A stretch of 64,000 nt of DNA. Source: a virus. The notes below the pieces were generated by a model. It was not told where the DNA came from and searched no databases. It worked only from the letters and a program-made list of their open reading frames with translations. Below are positions 62,022-64,000 of the stretch, in pieces. The position numbers and the translations under genes are program-made. The stretch's first letter is position 1. The number at the start of each line of letters is the position of its first letter. Location of the stretch: positions 29,093-93,092 of IMG/VR virus record IMGVR_UViG_3300043409_000956. One strand, 5' to 3'.

Positions 62022-63998
62022 AAATGCCACAGCCTTGTTGATATCTTCTCGTGTGAACCGTTTCAATTCACCGCGCTGTACCAACTGTTGAATATCTGCT
62101 AGATCAAGGTCTGCGTATTGGGTTTCAAAGCCGCCTGTGACATCTTCACCCACCAGGGCTTCTTCACTGTCAAATCGACCGCGGCAGTCATATGCTGACC
62201 CATCTGAGGCAACCGTGTACACATGATCCACTCGATATTCATCATCTTCGGCCGTATCGTCTTCCCACCCCACATGAGCACGGATCTGCCACGCAGGGTG
62301 CAACATCTTCAGTGCAATGGCCATCACATGACAATGCCCGGCCATGTAGTCTTGGTCTTCGTTTACATTTTTTTTGACTTGTCTCAATGTGTATGTGACC
62401 TGGCCGGTGCGGTGATGTTGCCGAACCTGGTAACCCATGGCGCTGGCATAACGATTGACCATTCTATCATACAGTTTGGCACGACTTTCAGGATTTATAT
62501 TGGTACCGTATGGCGCCATGTCCACTTGGGGATCTTTACTGGCTGAGAATTCAATTGATTCAGGATTGTGTGCGTGAACAAATTGTCGAATAGCCGACAG
62601 CACTGTGGCAAACACTTCTTGTGCATTGCCTGCACCTGTGACTTCTTGGCTGTTGCCTCTCCAGAAGCTGACTGACCAGTCTGTGGGTGAGTCATTTGTC
62701 CAGGCCTCGGGCTCAAACATCACACTTAGTGCGGTGCCGTCTGACAATCGGGCAATGGCGTCAACTGCTTCACTTTCTTCACTTTGTTCCCAGTCAATAC
62801 CTCTGGGTTGATCAAAGGCTTCTGTTATGCCTGTGCTCCGGCGTACCCCAAATTCAAAATTTTCATCGCCGGGGTTGTATCCTTTAATGAACTTGTAATA
62901 ATATTCTTCTGCCTGTGCAGGTGTGTTGGCTTCGAAACGATCAATGACACGAGCAGGATTATTGACATCATATATTTCATAATTCTTGTTCAGGCGTTCA
63001 CGAGCTTGACTCATGCGGTCCAATCTGCGACTGATTTGACGGTCTGATCGACTTAGATAATTTTGCAGTAACCGGTCACTGATTTCGTTCAGCTCTTCGC
63101 CCATGGTCTTTTGAACCGGCCGCCAGTGGAACACAGTCATGCCCATGTTGGGATATTCTTCGTGCGCCCACTTTGCGCCTAATATGTCCTGTATCACCGG
63201 AACAAAATACTTGCGATACAAGCCGGCACGATTATCTTCCTTGGCTGTAAATGATATGCCGGGAGGACGAGATTTTTTAATATATTCTGGTAATCGTTGT
63301 TTGACCACATTGAGAACTGTGCTCAATATTTTGACAGTACTCTTGCTGGCACTTGTGGGCCGACTAGGTGTGTCATAGTTGCCATTCACAGTGAATGTAA
63401 TGTGTAAGGTGTCGTTAAACTCACTGCGGTCAAAGAACACATCTACCCACTGATTGTCCACTGTGGCATGAAACAGGCTATTTTTTCTTTTGCGATTGGC
63501 TTTGTAGTCAGCAGGTGCGTTGCCTAGTTCGTTGATCTGATCTTCTGCCACAGCAGGTTCTTGCTTGGGTTGTTTGACTGGTTTCTGTATTTGTGTCAGC
63601 GTATAGGTTGCGCCACCAGGATAATCTTGTCTTGTCAAATTGTAACCGGTGCCGCTGATATAGCGTTGAATCATTCTATCATACAGTCGAGCTCTACTGC
63701 CTGTGGGGTCGTCTTCTTTTTCTGCGCTAAAATTCAACATTGCTGGTTTACGCTTGGCAATAAATTGCCGCATGGCCGTCAGCACAGTGGCAAACACTCG
63801 CTGGGCATCGCCTTCTCCGGTGATCTCCATGTTTTCATCACGCTCAAATTCCACCATCCACTGGTTGTCGCCTTGAGACATGAACAGCACAATTAACTCA
63901 CTGCCGTCATCTAAATCGGCTGTGGCATGCCAGTCACCATTTGTTTTGGTCCATTGTATAGCGTAAGGTTGATCAAAGGCTTCGGACAGCTCTGTTTC
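62001..63998 (-). CDS. multi-module polyprotein, 5' end outside window; three related domains plus a Cys-His-Asp module
   Basis: Frame stays open to the window edge (ETELSEAFDQPY...); repeated EAFDQP...TG.G.AQ.VFATVL...FSA.K...SRA.LYDRM. Confidence 0.8.
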   Translation of the reverse strand, partial: ETELSEAFDQPYAIQWTKTNGDWHATADLDDGSELIVLFMSQGDNQWMVEFERDENMEITGEGDAQRVFATVLTAMRQFIAKRKPAMLNFSAEKEDDPTGSRARLYDRMIQRYISGTGYNLTRQDYPGGATYTLTQIQKPVKQPKQEPAVAEDQINELGNAPADYKANRKRKNSLFHATVDNQWVDVFFDRSEFNDTLHITFTVNGNYDTPSRPTSASKSTVKILSTVLNVVKQRLPEYIKKSRPPGISFTAKEDNRAGLYRKYFVPVIQDILGAKWAHEEYPNMGMTVFHWRPVQKTMGEELNEISDRLLQNYLSRSDRQISRRLDRMSQARERLNKNYEIYDVNNPARVIDRFEANTPAQAEEYYYKFIKGYNPGDENFEFGVRRSTGITEAFDQPRGIDWEQSEESEAVDAIARLSDGTALSVMFEPEAWTNDSPTDWSVSFWRGNSQEVTGAGNAQEVFATVLSAIRQFVHAHNPESIEFSASKDPQVDMAPYGTNINPESRAKLYDRMVNRYASAMGYQVRQHHRTGQVTYTLRQVKKNVNEDQDYMAGHCHVMAIALKMLHPAWQIRAHVGWEDDTAEDDEYRVDHVYTVASDGSAYDCRGRFDSEEALVGEDVTGGFETQYADLDLADIQQLVQRGELKRFTREDINKAVAFAKRIQQ

Positions 63999-64000
63999 TC

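Noticed and set aside
1-64000. Bacterial chromosome, eukaryotic giant virus, or stop-codon recoding
   Set aside because: T4-like polymerase/clamp/Rnh, SD sequences, sigma70 and TAAATA promoters indicate a phage; TAA, TAG and TGA all end full-length genes

Overview
This 64 kb window is a dense, almost entirely plus-strand segment of a large T4-related (jumbo-type) dsDNA phage using the standard genetic code. It carries replication and nucleotide genes (family B DNA polymerase, sliding clamp, RNase H/5'-3' exonuclease, DHFR, ThyA) and stress or proteostasis genes (DnaJ, ClpA, Dps, desaturase, rubrerythrin/rubredoxin, BI-1). It also has sugar-nucleotide genes (GalE, HldA/C/D, DegT) and a 7-deazaguanine DNA-modification pathway (FolE, QueD, QueE, DpdA, DpdL-like; no QueC seen). 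The strand switches at about 59.5 kb. The most striking feature is a set of probable head-packaged polyproteins (7978-10512 and 59516->64000). They are built from unrelated domains joined in frame by (Q)G(V/M)AEG or LxE protease-site-like linkers whose DNA is conserved (GGTGTGGCGGAAGG). They have T4-like capsid-targeting leaders, and one whole gene is flanked by a 46-bp direct repeat, suggesting a shuffled cassette system for injected effectors. Also notable are a preQ1-I-like riboswitch before queD, other structured RNAs (folE leader, tandem pseudoknots before the polymerase, an orphan ~95-nt RNA), a split GmrSD-like nuclease operon, and a gene insertion that left a duplicated 3' end. No tRNA, rRNA or CRISPR array was recognised. 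All calls come from motif reading only; no searches were run.
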